This document shows, one piece after another, positions 1 through 12,716 of a DNA stretch of 64,000 nt; the first letter of the stretch is position 1; the number at the start of each line of letters is the position of its first letter. This stretch comes from Mobula birostris (taxonomy: Eukaryota), in the NCBI RefSeq assembly GCF_030028105.1, contig NW_027276263.1:558001-622000 (forward strand), given 5' to 3'. The notes beneath the pieces are model-generated. The model ran no database searches, was not told where the DNA came from, and was given only the letters and a program-made list of their open reading frames with translations. A program made the position numbers and the translations under genes.

Positions 1-9
1 GAAACTGAC

Positions 10-271
10 ATTTCAGAGATGTGTGGGGCATGTTTTTTACACAGAGGATGGTGAGTACTTGGCAGGCGCTGCACATGTGGTGGCAGGGAAGGCATATATG
101 ATAGAAGAGTTTGAGGCTTTTAGATGCACATGAATATGTAAAGAATGGAGAGATAGGGACCATGTGCTAGCAGAAGGGATCAGTTTAATGAGGCATCATT
201 AGCTAAATTAGATCAGCACAACACCGTGGGATGGAGGGCATTCTTCTTTACAACACTGTTCTATGTTCTAT
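10..271 (+). mobile_element. CR1 LINE 3' end fragment
   Basis: Degraded FFTQR-V-W-like end of ORF2 (ttttttacacagaggatggtgag), a CR1-type 3'UTR and a (ctatgtt)-type tail at ~256-271. Confidence 0.75.
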
Positions 272-2028
272 ATTGTTATAATCTTTGTATACTGCATGAG
301 GTGTTTGAGTATTCTTGTTACAACTTCAGTGATTACAATCTTGCTGTGAACAAATACATGCTGGTTGTTGTTGATTAGTTTTGCCTGCATAAAGCCCATT
401 TCTGAACATTTGTTTCAACAACTTTCTCTTCTGCCTGGAGTTGCTTTTTCTAACCCTTGCATCTCCTTGGTTTTTTGAGACTTACTTTTGTGTCAGACTT
501 CCAGGATTTATTATAAACTTCTCTCTTTTTTGCTTTATCCTGTTCTTTATCCATGAGAGTTTAAAATGTAGAGATCTGCCTTTTTTGTTTAATGTTTATT
601 CTTAAACTTCAATATCACATCTGTGTGAATCATTCATAGCTGTGATATAGATTTATTTTCAAGCTCTTGTTTACCATATTTGTCAAATCAATTCACAGGT
701 CAGTAAATTTAACCTCTGTTTTGGATCTGTGATGACCTCTGCTCCTTTTGTCCCTTGCAGAGGCATATTTAACCAAATAGACTTGTATGAGGTTCTGATG
801 GTAGAGAGGGGCATGCTAGTGTGGGATATGGCATGAAAAAGAATCAGATTACTGAAGACACATGTCTATTATCCCATTATCCATCCAGCAACAGGGAAGT
901 TAACCATTCTGGTGGAGACCCTGGGGTAAACTGTATCCTCTATTTCCACTACAGCCTCTGTTCCTGTCACGTGATGTGAGAGAAACTATGTGAAAACACA
1001 AATCTGCAGATTCATTAATCGCCTCTCCTGGATGAGGAAAACCTGAGTTTTCTGATGGTACAGCATTAGTGTGAGTGACCAACATGGTGCAGTTAACCAC
1101 TTCATCTCACCACCATCTCATGAGAGAGTTGAAGTATCAGAGGAAGTTAAAGACAAGACTTTGAACTTTCAAGGTACGAGCCTTTCATGGTGCATAGGGA
1201 CACCTCATTCACCTTACCATTGCTTGCAATAAGTTCACTCCTGTGAAGTGAGCATTGAAAGTCATGTGGCTGAAAACATTATATGTCTGTTAAAGACAAT
1301 ACAGGAAACTGGAACAGGAAAATAGAGCTCAATGGGTCTAACATTTGTGAAGGAATAAAAGATGTGGACTCTCTGATTTTCTGAAAACTGATGGCCATAG
1401 ATTCAGTCAATTGATGACAACAGTCTAATTGTTGGAGGACCAGTTCCAATTTTCCCATTCCATATGGTGTTTCATGCTTTTGTCTAATGGGAAAAGGCCC
1501 TAGATTGGGAGAAATGGCATATACTACATTAATGAATGGAATCATTAATGAGAGAGAAGACTGGCTTTGGATAAAATTGTTGACTGTCAGCAACAGCTGG
1601 AAACACTAGGGAAGTACATCAGCATCAGTAGGGGTAATCCATTTCTTCACACCTCACTGCATTACACTGAGGTTGAAGTTCCCTTCTGCTTTGTAGACAA
1701 TTTGAGAAATGGACCAAACACACAACCTTCAGCATATAATTCCTAGGAATGTACTTCATGTGTCTTAGCCAAAGAAGCCTAGTGGTGTCAGAAGTAGCCT
1801 ACATCGACTGTCAGTCTCTTCTCGCAGAATCTAATTGTTGGAGATCCCCAAGTAACCCCAAGGAATATGCTGAGACTGTAAAGGTGCGACATGTTAAGTC
1901 TCTGCTCCTAACAGAAGCATGTGACTTAGCTTTCACAATTGTTATACATTTAAACATAGGGAGAAAACCCTGATTTACCAATTCCATTGTCCCCAGGGCT
2001 TGCTGCCTAAGCGGCAGACAAATAAGGT

Positions 2029-2143
2029 AACACTCACAAAATGATGGAGGAGGTCAGCAGTTTAGGCAGCATCTATGGAAAGAAATAGAGTCAACTTTTC
2101 AGGCCGAGACCATTCATCAGCACTGGAAAGGAAGGAGGAAGAA
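2029..2143 (-). mobile_element. Penelope-like pLTR fragment with degenerate hammerhead (2089-2124)
   Basis: Similar to the pLTRs at 26235 and 40290. Minus strand reads agtg-CTGATGA-atggtctcggcct-GAAA-ag-TT-gact, with mismatched stems. Confidence 0.75.
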
Positions 2144-3964
2144 TATTTCAAAGGCAACTAAGGATTTGGAATATTCATATTAACAATGCAAAACTAGGTG
2201 AGCTGGTTAAGAGTTGAGTCAAAATGGAAGGTCTGGAACTTCATTACTGATGCAGATTTTTGGTGGCTTGTTGGTGCTTTGTTGCAACTGACTGTCATAG
2301 GACCTACTTATTTTGATCCCAATTCTCCAGATAAATGAGAACTGAACACAGTTGTGTGGAGTGGCTCTAAAATAATGATCTGGGTGATGTTTTCTCCTCT
2401 TCGGTTGGGGCTGTGCCATCAGTTCACTATAAAAAGCAAAAAGAATAGAGCAGGAGTGAGCTGCCAATAGGTGGCAAAGCTCCTCTGTTCATACCTTTGT
2501 AAGTGAGTTTTTTATCCTCAGACAGAATGGCTGTTTTCTCTCCCTCATAGAATTCCTTGAAAAAAGATGGATGCCCTTTAGCTGACAGCTAAATTTTAAA
2601 AGGAACTTAAAGGTTCAAACCAGAATCAGACTGAACACAAGGCACAATAAAAAGGACATTGAAGTATACAAGCTATTTGGACATTTGATGACCTGATAAA
2701 TTCACTAAAGCTGTACTCCATCCATGAACAGCAGTCTGACTCTCTCTGCTGACTCCTGCAGCCATCTCCAGTTCTGCAGTATCAGTAATCAAGTACAGGA
2801 TGCCACCTACCAGCTTGAATACACCTCTCACTGTGCCATTACTACACTGGGCATGGCATGTAGCAGGACTTTTATCAAGCTGGGAGCTCCCTTGGTACAT
2901 CCTCCGGACATTCACTTTTCTACTTTTAAAACGCAGAATTCCAGAATTTTGCTTGCAACATTCCATTAATTATTAATGATAAAATTAAGCTATATGCATT
3001 GTCCATATTCTGAATTGAAACTGAAGCTCAGAATTCAGTTACTGGAGCAGCAATGTTTAAATTACTCCACAGAAGTGATTGGATTCCCTCCCACTGGCAC
3101 GTCACAGGCTCACTATAGCTACTGTCATTAACTCTGGGAGTTAGAATACATTCAGTTTATAATACCAGTGATATCACAGTAAAAATTCACTAATAGGCTA
3201 TTTGTTTAAGTTATTCTAGATTATCTTATGATTTTGGATGTTTCAGTATTTGGAAAATCTATTTCTGAAAGTCATTTATTACAGTTTCTGAATTTCTACC
3301 AAACTGACTAATTCTCAATACTTTCCCACAGACCGTATCAAAATCACTTAAGTTCTCATTTGTCATTTTAATAATGCAGGTTGTGTTTCTGTGTTACGTA
3401 GAGTTAGTTGTACTGAATTCAATTTCTCACTCATCTGCATACACTCAATGGGGACAAGAAGTAAGAAGTGGAATGGATTCAGCATTTTCTGTCTGAGAAG
3501 CGCTTACTTTTGCTTCTACTGGAAGTTCATTTGGTGAATGTAAGAGTGGACTAGGAGCTGATCGATACGATCCAGGCACATAATGTTCACATGAGATGCT
3601 GCACTATGACCACTGCCTTGGTAATTATTTTCCTATGAAGAATCAAGTCTCTCAGGATGTGAAGAGACAGGAGGGGAAGACTGAAGGTGCTCAGTCATTG
3701 ATAATGGAGTAGACATATGAGGGTGACAAGTTTATTCTCCATCTATTTCTGATCTGTGACTTGGGGCCAGCAGTCTTCCTAGGAATGCTCACTTACTTAG
3801 CAGACTTTTAAAAGATCATTCTCAAAAATAAGTACTAAAATATAAATACTACTATTAATACATACAGCTGAAAATCTACCAGAGTCCTCATCAATATTAA
3901 TTCAATATATAGTTGAAAGATAATACATTGATACTCTGGTATATTCATTGAATTAACCCAATTT

Positions 3965-4302
3965 GCTGCCATTTAATAGACAATATCCCTACTGCCCGTT
4001 ACACCATGCAAGCCCGGATGGAGATTCTGGAAGATGTTGCTTTCAGATGTCGAAGGAGTCTTTATTTCTGTTTCTGTAACAGTTTTGTTTTATCAATCTG
4101 TATTGTTAGATCTGGACTGTACCCCAAACTTGGAGGACTGGTGGACCGCTCTTAGTCTGGCCACTACCCTTCAATCTGTTTGGCATGAGTGACCCTACCA
4201 AGAGCCAAAGCAAAAAGCCCGGTCTCCAGCCAACTTAGCTCTCCAGGTCTTTGAAGCACACAAGCGTCCAAACCACAAAAAAGTTGTGTTCTTCTTGGAG
4301 GA
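3965..4302 (-). mobile_element. Non-autonomous RTE-related element (RTE 5'UTR-like sequence)
   Basis: Minus strand ttgtggtttggacgcttgtgtgcttcaaagacctggagagc...ggtagggtcactcatgcc...tcctccaagtttgggg resembles RTE/BovB-type 5'UTRs as I recall them. No ORF. Confidence 0.45.
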
Positions 4303-4443
4303 ACAGAAAATACAATACTTTTTATTTAAACATTGGTATCTAAAGCCAGTTTGCAAAACCACTAAAATACAGAGTGATGAAACAATTAATAGTAGAGTTT
4401 AATTTTGTGACAACTGTTCTTTCACATCAAGAAAAAAGTTTTC

Positions 4444-5814
4444 TGTCATACGGAGGTGTCTGGGAACAGAACCAAGTGCAAGACACAGATACTGAAGTAC
4501 TAGGGACAGGACTAGGATACAGGGTGAGGGCAAGGACATGGACACGAAAACCAGGAACCTGGAACAGGACTGGACAAGAGAGCTAGGAGCCTGGGCTTGG
4601 ACTCCAAGCCAGAGACTGGACAAGGACCCAGTACCTGGGTCTTGCCTCTGGCTCGGACCCCAGAACTAGGCAAGGACGAGGCTTGACTGGCAGGCAGGAC
4701 GAGGCTGGAGTCTTAAGGCTTGAGGCTAGGCAGGAGGCTAGAGACTTGAGGCGAGGTTTGGCAGGAGGCAGGAGGCTGGATTCTCCAGGCTTGAGGCTAG
4801 GCAGGAGGCTAGAGACTTGAGGCGAGGCTTGGCAGGAGGCTGGAGTCTTCAGGCTTGAGGCTAGAGGCAAGAGACTTGGCTTGGCAGGAGACAGGAGGCT
4901 GGAGTCTTCAGGCTTGAGGCGAGAGACTAGAGACTTGAGGCGAGGCTTGGCAGGAGGCAGGAGGCTGGAGTCTTCAAGCTTGAGGCTAGAGACTAGAGAC
5001 TTGAGGCGAGGCTTAGCAGGAGGCAGGAGGCTGGAGACTTGAGGCGAGGCTTGGCAGGAGGCAGGAGGCTGGAGACTTGAGGCGAAGCTTAGCAGGAGGC
5101 AGGAGGCTGGAGTCTTCCGGCTTGAGGCTAGAGGCTTGGCTGGAGGCTGGAGGCTAGAGGCTCCTCCTGGGCAGGGCGTGGTACTCCTGGGCAGGGCGCG
5201 GATCACCACCCGACAGAGGCAAGGGATAGGAAAGGACAAAAACAACCGCAGGTAACAGCAAGACGGCCTGGCTTAGCCAATGAAGGCAAGGGACAGGAAG
5301 GGACAGAACCAACCGCAGGTAACGGCAAGACATCCTGGCTTACCTAGGCAGAGGCCAGGGACAGGAAGGGAGCTAGGCACAGGGTGACTCCAGGACAAGA
5401 CTGCAGGCGAGACAAGGCGAGAGTTGCCATCAAGACAAGGTAAGGCTTCAGGCAATGCAAGGTGAGACAAGAACTTCAGGTGAGGCGAGAGTTACTGGCA
5501 AGACAAGGCAAGGCTTCTGGCAATCAAGGCGAGACGAGAACTTCAGGCGAGGCGAGAGTTACCAGCAAGACAAGGCAGGGCTTCAGGCGAAGAAACAGAA
5601 GGCAGAGAAAGGGATACAAGGAATAAGGACAAGAACAATCCAGCAGCCACACCCTGGTCTCTGAAGGTATTTATGCAGCCAGCCCCAACGAGCACTAGCT
5701 GCCACAATTAGAGCTCAACAAGAACAGAAACAAGGTAGACAGGAAAACCTGGAGCAAGGGTCGATGGACCAGACCGTGAACCGGAATACGGACTTCACGG
5801 ACCAGACCATGACA
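4444..5814 (-). mobile_element. Solo LTR (Gypsy-type) with internal tandem repeats
   Basis: Termini TGTCAT...ATGACA (6-bp inverted) and 5-bp TSD ttttc (4439-4443, 5815-5819). Minus-strand TATA-like ATAAATA at 5668-5674 and a U5-like end gtgtcttgcacttggttc...tatgaca. Confidence 0.9.
4690..5165. repeat. Purine-rich minisatellite inside the solo LTR
   Basis: Recurrent modules gagacttgaggcgaggcttggcaggaggcaggaggctg and gagtcttcaggcttgaggcta, combined into units of about 38-67 bp. Confidence 0.9.
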
Positions 5815-5940
5815 TTTTCTTAGTTTTAAAAAGCTCCAGTATATCGAAAGTTTTAAATACTAGTTTGTTTATATTATGAACTCTGTCTTCTCTTATAGCA
5901 GTGGGTATTTAGTTTCATTGCCATTGTCTAAGTTACTCAT

Positions 5941-6340
5941 GAGACCATATGACCACAAGTATTGGGAACTATATGAGGCAATTTGCCCATCATGTCTGCT
6001 CCAAAATTCAATAATGGCAGGTTTAATCTTCCTTTTTAACCCCAATCTCTTGTCTTTCCCATAACCTATGACCCTCTTGCTAATATCTTGGCCTCCTCAG
6101 CCACCTGAGGCAATGAATTCCACAGATTCACCACCCGGAAGAAATATCTCCTTACCTGTTTTAAAAGGATGCCCTTTTATTCTAAGGCTATGTCCTCAGG
6201 TCATAGACTCTCCCTCTACCTCTTAATAGCCGTTTTATCCAGGCCTTTCAATATTCAGGGGGTTTCAATGAGATCCCCCTCATCCTTCTAAACGCTGGTG
6301 AGTACAGGCTCAGAGTTATCATGCTCATCAAACTCCTTCT
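5941..6340 (-). mobile_element. CR1 LINE 3' fragment
   Basis: gaattccacagattcaccac, atgagatccccc and a tail gaccatatgacca are reverse-complement CR1 3' ORF2/UTR motifs. Confidence 0.8.
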
Positions 6341-6482
6341 CCTCCTGACCCTCTCGAATGCAAGCACATGCATCATTCAATGGGCTAAAGTTGTGCTGGT
6401 ATATAAGAAATTTGCAGGCTCGAAGGGCCGAATGGCCTACTCCTGCACCTATTTTCTATGTTTCATTATCTATGTAACCACA

Positions 6483-7773
6483 CTAACCGTGGTAACTATA
6501 GACTAGTAAGCTTAATGTGTATTGTAGGTAAGATAATGGAAACGTTAATAAAGAATGAGATGGTAAAGCAGCTGATAAAAACTGGCAAGTTAGCAGAAAG
6601 CCAGCATGGGTCCAGAAATCATGTTTTACTAATGTGCTGAAGTTCTATGATGAGGCAACTTAAATTTATGATAACAATAAAGCAGTTGATATCATTTACT
6701 TGGACTTTCAGAAAGATTTTGAGCAAGTAGCCCACAAGAGGTTAATAATTAAATTACAGGAGTGTGGGATTCAGGGTGAGGAGCTCAAATCAGTGTAGAA
6801 TTGGCTCTAAAATTGAAAACAACAGGACCATTTTCACACCAAGAAAAGTGGTGTTCCGCAGGGATCAGTTTTGAGACCACTGTTGTTTTTAAGTTACAGT
6901 AATCATTTGGATAAGCACATAACAAATAAACTAGTAAAGTTTGATGACGCAAAATTAGGAGGACAGGCTGATAACATTGAAACAGCAGAATCACTACATT
7001 TAGATCTAAACAAAATCCAGATGTGGACAGATAAGTGGCAGATGAAATTTAATGTAAGTAAATGTAAAACATTACATATAGGAAATAGAAATATTAGATA
7101 TAAATATACAATGGGGGGAGTGGTTGAGTTAGAAATGCACTCTATGAGAAGGATTTTGATGTCCTGGTGAGAAGTGATTAGGAAGGTTAATAGAATGTCG
7201 GGCTATATAATGTGCTCAGTGAAGGTCAAGTCCAGAGACATTCTCCTTAAGTTGTATAATGTGAATGTGAGGCCACACCTTGAGTACTGTGTACAGTTTT
7301 AGTCTCTGTAATGTGTGAGGGATGTGAAGGCACTGGAAAGAGTTCAGGAGAAGGGTGACAAGGCTCATTCCAGGTTTGCAGGGCATGAGTTATGATGAAA
7401 GACTGAAAGAATTAAATATTTTTAGCTTAAGTAGATGTAGAATGAGAGGAGACATGATAGATGTGGTCAACGTCATGAAGGGTATAAGTTAGGTGGATAG
7501 CAGCTGTTACTTCAAAATTAATCCATCACCAAGGACATGGGGCCATCGGTGGAGATTGGTTAAGGGGAGCTTTCAGACTAACATCAGGAAGCATTTCTTT
7601 ACATAGTGATTTGTGGACACATGGAACAAACTGTCTAGTTCTGTAGTTGAGAGTAGTACATTAGAGACTTTCAAATCTAAACTCAGTTATTTCAACACAT
7701 GATGTGAATAGGAATTTAGCAAGTTTTGTTGGGATGAACAGCCTTTTCTCGTCAGATACTTTCTAATGTTCTA
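6483..7773 (+). mobile_element. CR1 LINE, 5'-truncated (RT and 3' end)
   Basis: GNYRLVSL, YLDFQK, KFDDAKLGG, WQMKFNVSKCK and MRGDMIDV motifs with stops and frameshifts. Tail ttctaatgttcta. Confidence 0.9.
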
Positions 7774-7777
7774 GCCT

Positions 7778-8720
7778 TCTAATAACGGTCCCAGTACTGC
7801 TCCCAAAGTGCAAATGTGATCTGACCAAAGCCTTCTAAAGTGTCAGCATTATATCCTTGCTTTAACATGCTAGTCCTCTCAGAATTAATGCAAACATTGC
7901 ATTTGCCTTCGACTATTGATTCAAACCCCAAGTTAGCCTTTAGGGAAAAACTTTTTGACTCCTTTAAGAGGATTCCCAAGTCCTTTTGCAACTCTGATTT
8001 TTGAATTCTCTTCCTGTTTAGAAAATAGTCCACTATTTTATTTCTTCTACCAAAGTGCCTGATCATATATTTCTCTAAAATGTATTCCATCTGCTAGTTA
8101 TTTGCCCATTCTTACCAACAAGTTTAAGTTCTTCGGTACACTTCCTGGTTCCTCAACACTAACAGCCCTGTCACCAACAATCTTGATCAGAAAGCATAAC
8201 ACATGAAAAGTAGTTGACTCGACACCAACACATGGGGAAACCACTTGTCACTGGTAGCCAACCAGAAAACGCCTCGTGTCATACCCACTCTTTGCCTTCT
8301 GCCAGCCAGTAGAATTCTGTGTTCAGCATGGAAAGAGTTCAGGAGAAGGGTGACAAGGCTCATTCCAGGTTTGCAGGGCATGAGTTATGATGAAAGACTG
8401 AAAGAATTAAATATTTTTAGCTTAAGTAGATGTAGAATGAGAGGAGACATGATAGATGTGGTCAACGTCATGAAGGGTATAAGTTAGGTGGATAGCAGCT
8501 GTTACTTCAAAATTAATCCATCACCAAGGACATGGGGCCATCGGTGGAGATTGGTTAAGGGGAGCTTTCAGACTAACATCAGGAAGCATTTCTTTACATA
8601 GTGATTTGTGGACACATGGAACAAACTAGCTTTCTTGTAGTATCTGGGCTCCCATTTTTTTAATCACCCTCAAGTGTGGCACCTTGTCAAAAGCCTTCTA
8701 AATATCCAAGTAAACAATAT
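7778..8720 (-). mobile_element. CR1 LINE RT fragment interrupted by the duplicated segment
   Basis: Minus ORFs HFGRRN..DYFLN..QKDLG and GRRQRVG. After the insert it resumes with the reverse complement of YLDI*KAFDKVPH (8675-8715). Confidence 0.8.
8329..8627 (+). repeat. Exact 299-bp direct duplication of 7334-7632
   Basis: Identical by eye base for base, including the disabling stop codons. Confidence 0.9.
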
Positions 8721-8932
8721 AGTCATAGTCATACTTTATTGATCCCGGGGGAAACTGTTTTTTGTTACAGTTGCACCATAAATTATAAATAGTAATAAAA
8801 CCATAAATAGTTAAATAGTAATACGTAAATTATGCCAGTAAATTATGAAATAAGTCCAGGAACAGCCTATTGGCTCAGGGTGTCCGACCCTCCAAGGGAG
8901 GAGCTGTAAAATTTGATGGCCACAGGCAGGAA
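8721..8932 (-). mobile_element. Rex1/Babar-type LINE 3' end
   Basis: Tail agtcatagtcata followed by ctttattgatccc, and the end-of-ORF motif ttgatggccacaggcaggaa (reverse of FLPVAIK). Confidence 0.7.
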
Positions 8933-8959
8933 TTGAAACAATGCCTTCATTTGATCATG

Positions 8960-9808
8960 CCTAACATGCAGACATTTAGACAATGCAGACAGTGAGAAGG
9001 CAGGCGGAGGCGAGGCTCGGTTGGTGGATGAGCCATGTTGGGGCATTGTGAGGCACACCATGTGCAAGCCAGGGTTGCAGATGGAGTTTGTGTGACTGCC
9101 GGAGATGAGAAATTTGGAGAGGAGTGGATGTGAAAGAGTTTCAATGTCCGTCCACCTAACCGTGGCGTGAGTTTGGACCACTCCAAGTGCAAAGCCAGTT
9201 TGGTGAGATTGAGAATGGCTTTGGTCTCGGCGGCACAATTGGATTGTGGAGCCAGGGTCTGGAACCTTGAAAAAAGCATTACCTGGTGCATGGACAATTT
9301 AATCACTGGTCCAGACAGCCTGGAAGCTTGAGTATCGGCAACAGAGGTGACGGTGGGGTTGAATTTGCTTGCTCTCCGGTGAATATTCAATGCTTTCTGT
9401 GTGGCGATGAGGCTGTGAGCAGACCCGACTGCTCTGCATTTTTGCCCACTATTGTGGTGAGCTGGGACTGAGGCTTAGGCCTATTCTGGCTGATCCGGGA
9501 GCAGATCTGGGTTTCCGTCTGGTTCGGAATGCTGTTGGCTTGTTTCTGTTGTTTGCATGATNNNNNNNNNNNNNNNNNNNNNNNNNNNNNNNNNNNNNNN
9601 NNNNNNNNNNNNNNNNNNNNNNNNNNNNNNNNNNNNNNNNNNNNNNNNNNNNNNNNNNNNNNNNNNNNNNNNNNNNNNNNNNNNNNNNNNNCCTTTCTGT
9701 TAAACTGGGTTATTTGGATTTCTTGCTTTGTGACTGCCTGTAAGCAGACACTTTTCAAGGTGTATAGTTCATACATTCTTGGATAATACATGTGCTTTAA
9801 AACTTGAA
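8960..9808 (+). mobile_element. Non-autonomous element with a Rex1-type 3' tail, spanning the gap
   Basis: 3' end ttgtgactgcctgtaagcagacacttttcaaggtgtata...gataatacatgtgctttaaaacttgaa matches the Rex1 tails at ~14810-14898 and ~51290-51360. Body is non-coding. Confidence 0.5.
9562..9691. other. Assembly gap (130 N)
   Basis: Run of N. Confidence 1.
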
Positions 9809-11382
9809 GCTTTGAAATAACTGGCATGTAGCTGCTCCAACACTTTAGCTCTCAGCTCGGATGGGACAACCCTCAATCCCAACTCGTCAAAGGTAAGTTC
9901 AACCCGGTGCTGGGACTTTCTGCTGCACATTCCCGCCGTTTTATGTGACTATGTAGACTTGAGACAGTGTGGGGTCTTTTCTGGTTTCCCTTTGGATCAT
10001 CTCTCCCATAATTGGGGCACTTCCAATTTGCATTAGGGAGAAGGCGTCAAGAGGAATGTTCTATTTTGTAAATTTTTCAGGTATTTTCTTTTCCAAGAGT
10101 GAACAACGCAATCCGTCAGCATTTCCATGATTAGTCATCCTCTTGAATTCAATCTTGTAATTGTGTCCTCCAAGAAACAGAGCCCATCTCTGCATTCATG
10201 CTGCTGCTGTTAGTGGAACATCCCTCTGTGGATTGAAAATGGACACTAATCGTTGATGATCAGTGATGAGGGTAAACTCTCTCCCATACAGGTACAGGTT
10301 GAAATGATTTACACCCCAAACAAGACTCAAGGACACTCTGTCAATCTGTGTGTAAATTTTCTCTGCAGCGGGACGGGAACATGGTGCTGAGGCTATGGGG
10401 TGTTCACTCCTATCACTCATAACATGTGAAATGATTACACCTGCACCATATGACGAGACATCACAGGCAAACTTCACTGGATGATGTGGATCACAATGTG
10501 TGAGTACAATACCTGATGTCACTATTTCCTGTACATTTTTCAAAGCCACCTCATTGATTCCCAATCTCTAATAATGAGTTCAAGGGGTGGGGCACAGTAG
10601 CCATGTTTGGCAGGAACCTGTGATAGTGATCGATAAATCTTTAAAATGACTGCAACACATCGACTGGCCTTGGGACATCCACCACTGCTTGAATTTTCTC
10701 AGCACACTTGTGTAATTCTTGTGTGTCCATTGTGTGACCACAGTGAGTGATGCTACTCCAAAAATAAGTCTATTATAGCAATAAAGCTCTTTGTGAGCGT
10801 TTATGGTGAGACACACTTTGGACTCTTCTTCCATCTCCATCTGCAGGTAGATCACAGCTAAGTGTTTCCCTCTAGAAAGGTTTGCAAAGATATCCTCTAT
10901 CCTGGGCAGAGTGTGCTGATCTACTTTTAGTATGGTGACTTTAAAATCACCATAAATCCTGACAGATCCATTCTTCTTGACAACTGGGACTACTGGTGTT
11001 GCCCATGGGCTCTTTTCAATCTTGGAAAGAAATCCTTCATCCTCTATGCAATCTAGCTCACTAGCTACTTTATCATGGATGGTATAAGGAACTGCATGGG
11101 TTTTGTAAAACTTGGGATGTGGTATTTTCATTTAACACTATTTTACCCTTGATATGTTTGAGTTTTCCAATGCCATCTTTGAACACCGTTATGGCATCAT
11201 CCAGTATCTTTCTAAGTTTGCTTTCAGTTGACTCTGTCACAGGGAATGTAGCATTCTAATGGTAGATGGATCTCCAATCAAGTTGTAGTTGTGTCAGCCA
11301 ATCATACCCCCACAATGTTGGCCCTCCTGTTTTAATCATATGCAAGCTCAATGTGGTCTGTTAGTTGTTGTATTTCACTATT

Positions 11383-12716
11383 CATCATCATCATCAGGTG
11401 CCGTGCCCAGTTTGAGCTTTGACTGCCATGACCCACACACTCCTATTTTGGGTCAAGTGGATCAATTCATTGGCACTGATTTCCAGTTCTCTGGCTGCTG
11501 TCTCCATCATCTTTTGTCTTTGTCTTCCTCTTGCTTTCTTCCCTTCAATCCTTCCCATTATTACCGTGCATTCTAACTCCTCTTTCTTAATCACGTCCAA
11601 TGGAGTTACGTTGCCTTTTCATGACCTCATACATTATTTCTGTTTCGGTGTTTGCTCTGTTCATGACGTCCTTGTTAGATATTCGTTTCATCCATGATAT
11701 TCTTTGCATCCTCCTCAAAAACCACATCTCTGCTGCTTCAAATCATTTCCTCATGTTACTAGATATTGTCCAACATTCTGAGCCAGTTATATAGCATAAC
11801 TGGATAAACGTGACATTTTAGTACTCTGAGGCGGGTTGTCATGCCTAATTTAGTATTGGTCAGTAGACTCTTCATTCTCGTAAAGGTGTCTTTTGCCATC
11901 CCTATTCTTCTTTTGATGTCCATGTCGCACCTGCCATCCGATGTCACCCAGCTTCCTAAGTAGCAAAAGTTCTGTACTTGTTTTATGTCTTCCCCATTTA
12001 TTCTCAGCCTGCAGATAGGATTCTCCTTCTTTTTGGATAACACCATACATTCTGTCTTTTTGCAATTGATAGATAGACCCATTTTTACACTTTCTTCAAC
12101 AACTACATCAATTAAGTTTTGTAGTTCTTCCTGCGTACTTGCAATTAACACAGTGTCATCTGCATATCTGAAATTATTGATGTTTTCAATGCCAACTTTG
12201 ATTCCCAAGATGTCTCTTATTTTTCGGAATATTGTTTCACTGTACACGTTAAATAAATTGGGGAGAAAACACACCCTTGTCTAACACCTTTCTTGATTTT
12301 CGTAAACTGACTCACTTCTCCATCTATTCTTACAGTGGTAGTTTGCTCCCAGTACAGATTTCTGATTAGGTGGAGGTCTTTCGAATCTAGATCTAGAGTT
12401 TTCTGTAATATTTCAAATAACATATTGTACTTCACTTTATCAGATGCTTTTGTGTAATCGATAAAACAAACAAACAAATCTTTTTGCACTTGAATAGCTT
12501 GTTCTGATAATATCCTTAACATCAATTTTGCGTTTCTTGTACCTTTGTCTTTCACGAAACCACATTGTTCTTTGCCTATTTCAGCTTGTTTCTTACTTTT
12601 AGCTCTTGTCATCAAAATTCTTAGAAGTATCTTAGTGATATGACTCACTAAACTTATGATCCTATGTAATTCACATTCTATTGCTCCAGGTTTCTTAGGA
12701 AGAGTGATAAATACTG
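11383..12716 (-). mobile_element. RTE-clade LINE, 5'-truncated, nested in the Gypsy
   Basis: RT motifs FITLPKKPGA, KGVRQGC and NNFRYADDTVLIA, C-terminal GRIEGKKARGRQR, and a (tga)n tail. TSD atttcact(a/g)tt at 11372-11382 and 12717-12727. Confidence 0.93.

Noticed and set aside
740-900. Splice-acceptor-like tcccttgcag at 751-760
   Set aside because: The frames close quickly, no protein is recognisable and no partner exon was found.
2089-2124. Active hammerhead ribozyme
   Set aside because: Core letters are kept, but stem I and II pairs next to the core and the stem III palindrome are broken.
4583-5245. 220-aa repetitive ORF (SSLLPPAKPRLKSL)n
   Set aside because: Translation of the LTR minisatellite with no domain signal. 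The array has no unique spacers, so it is not CRISPR-like either.
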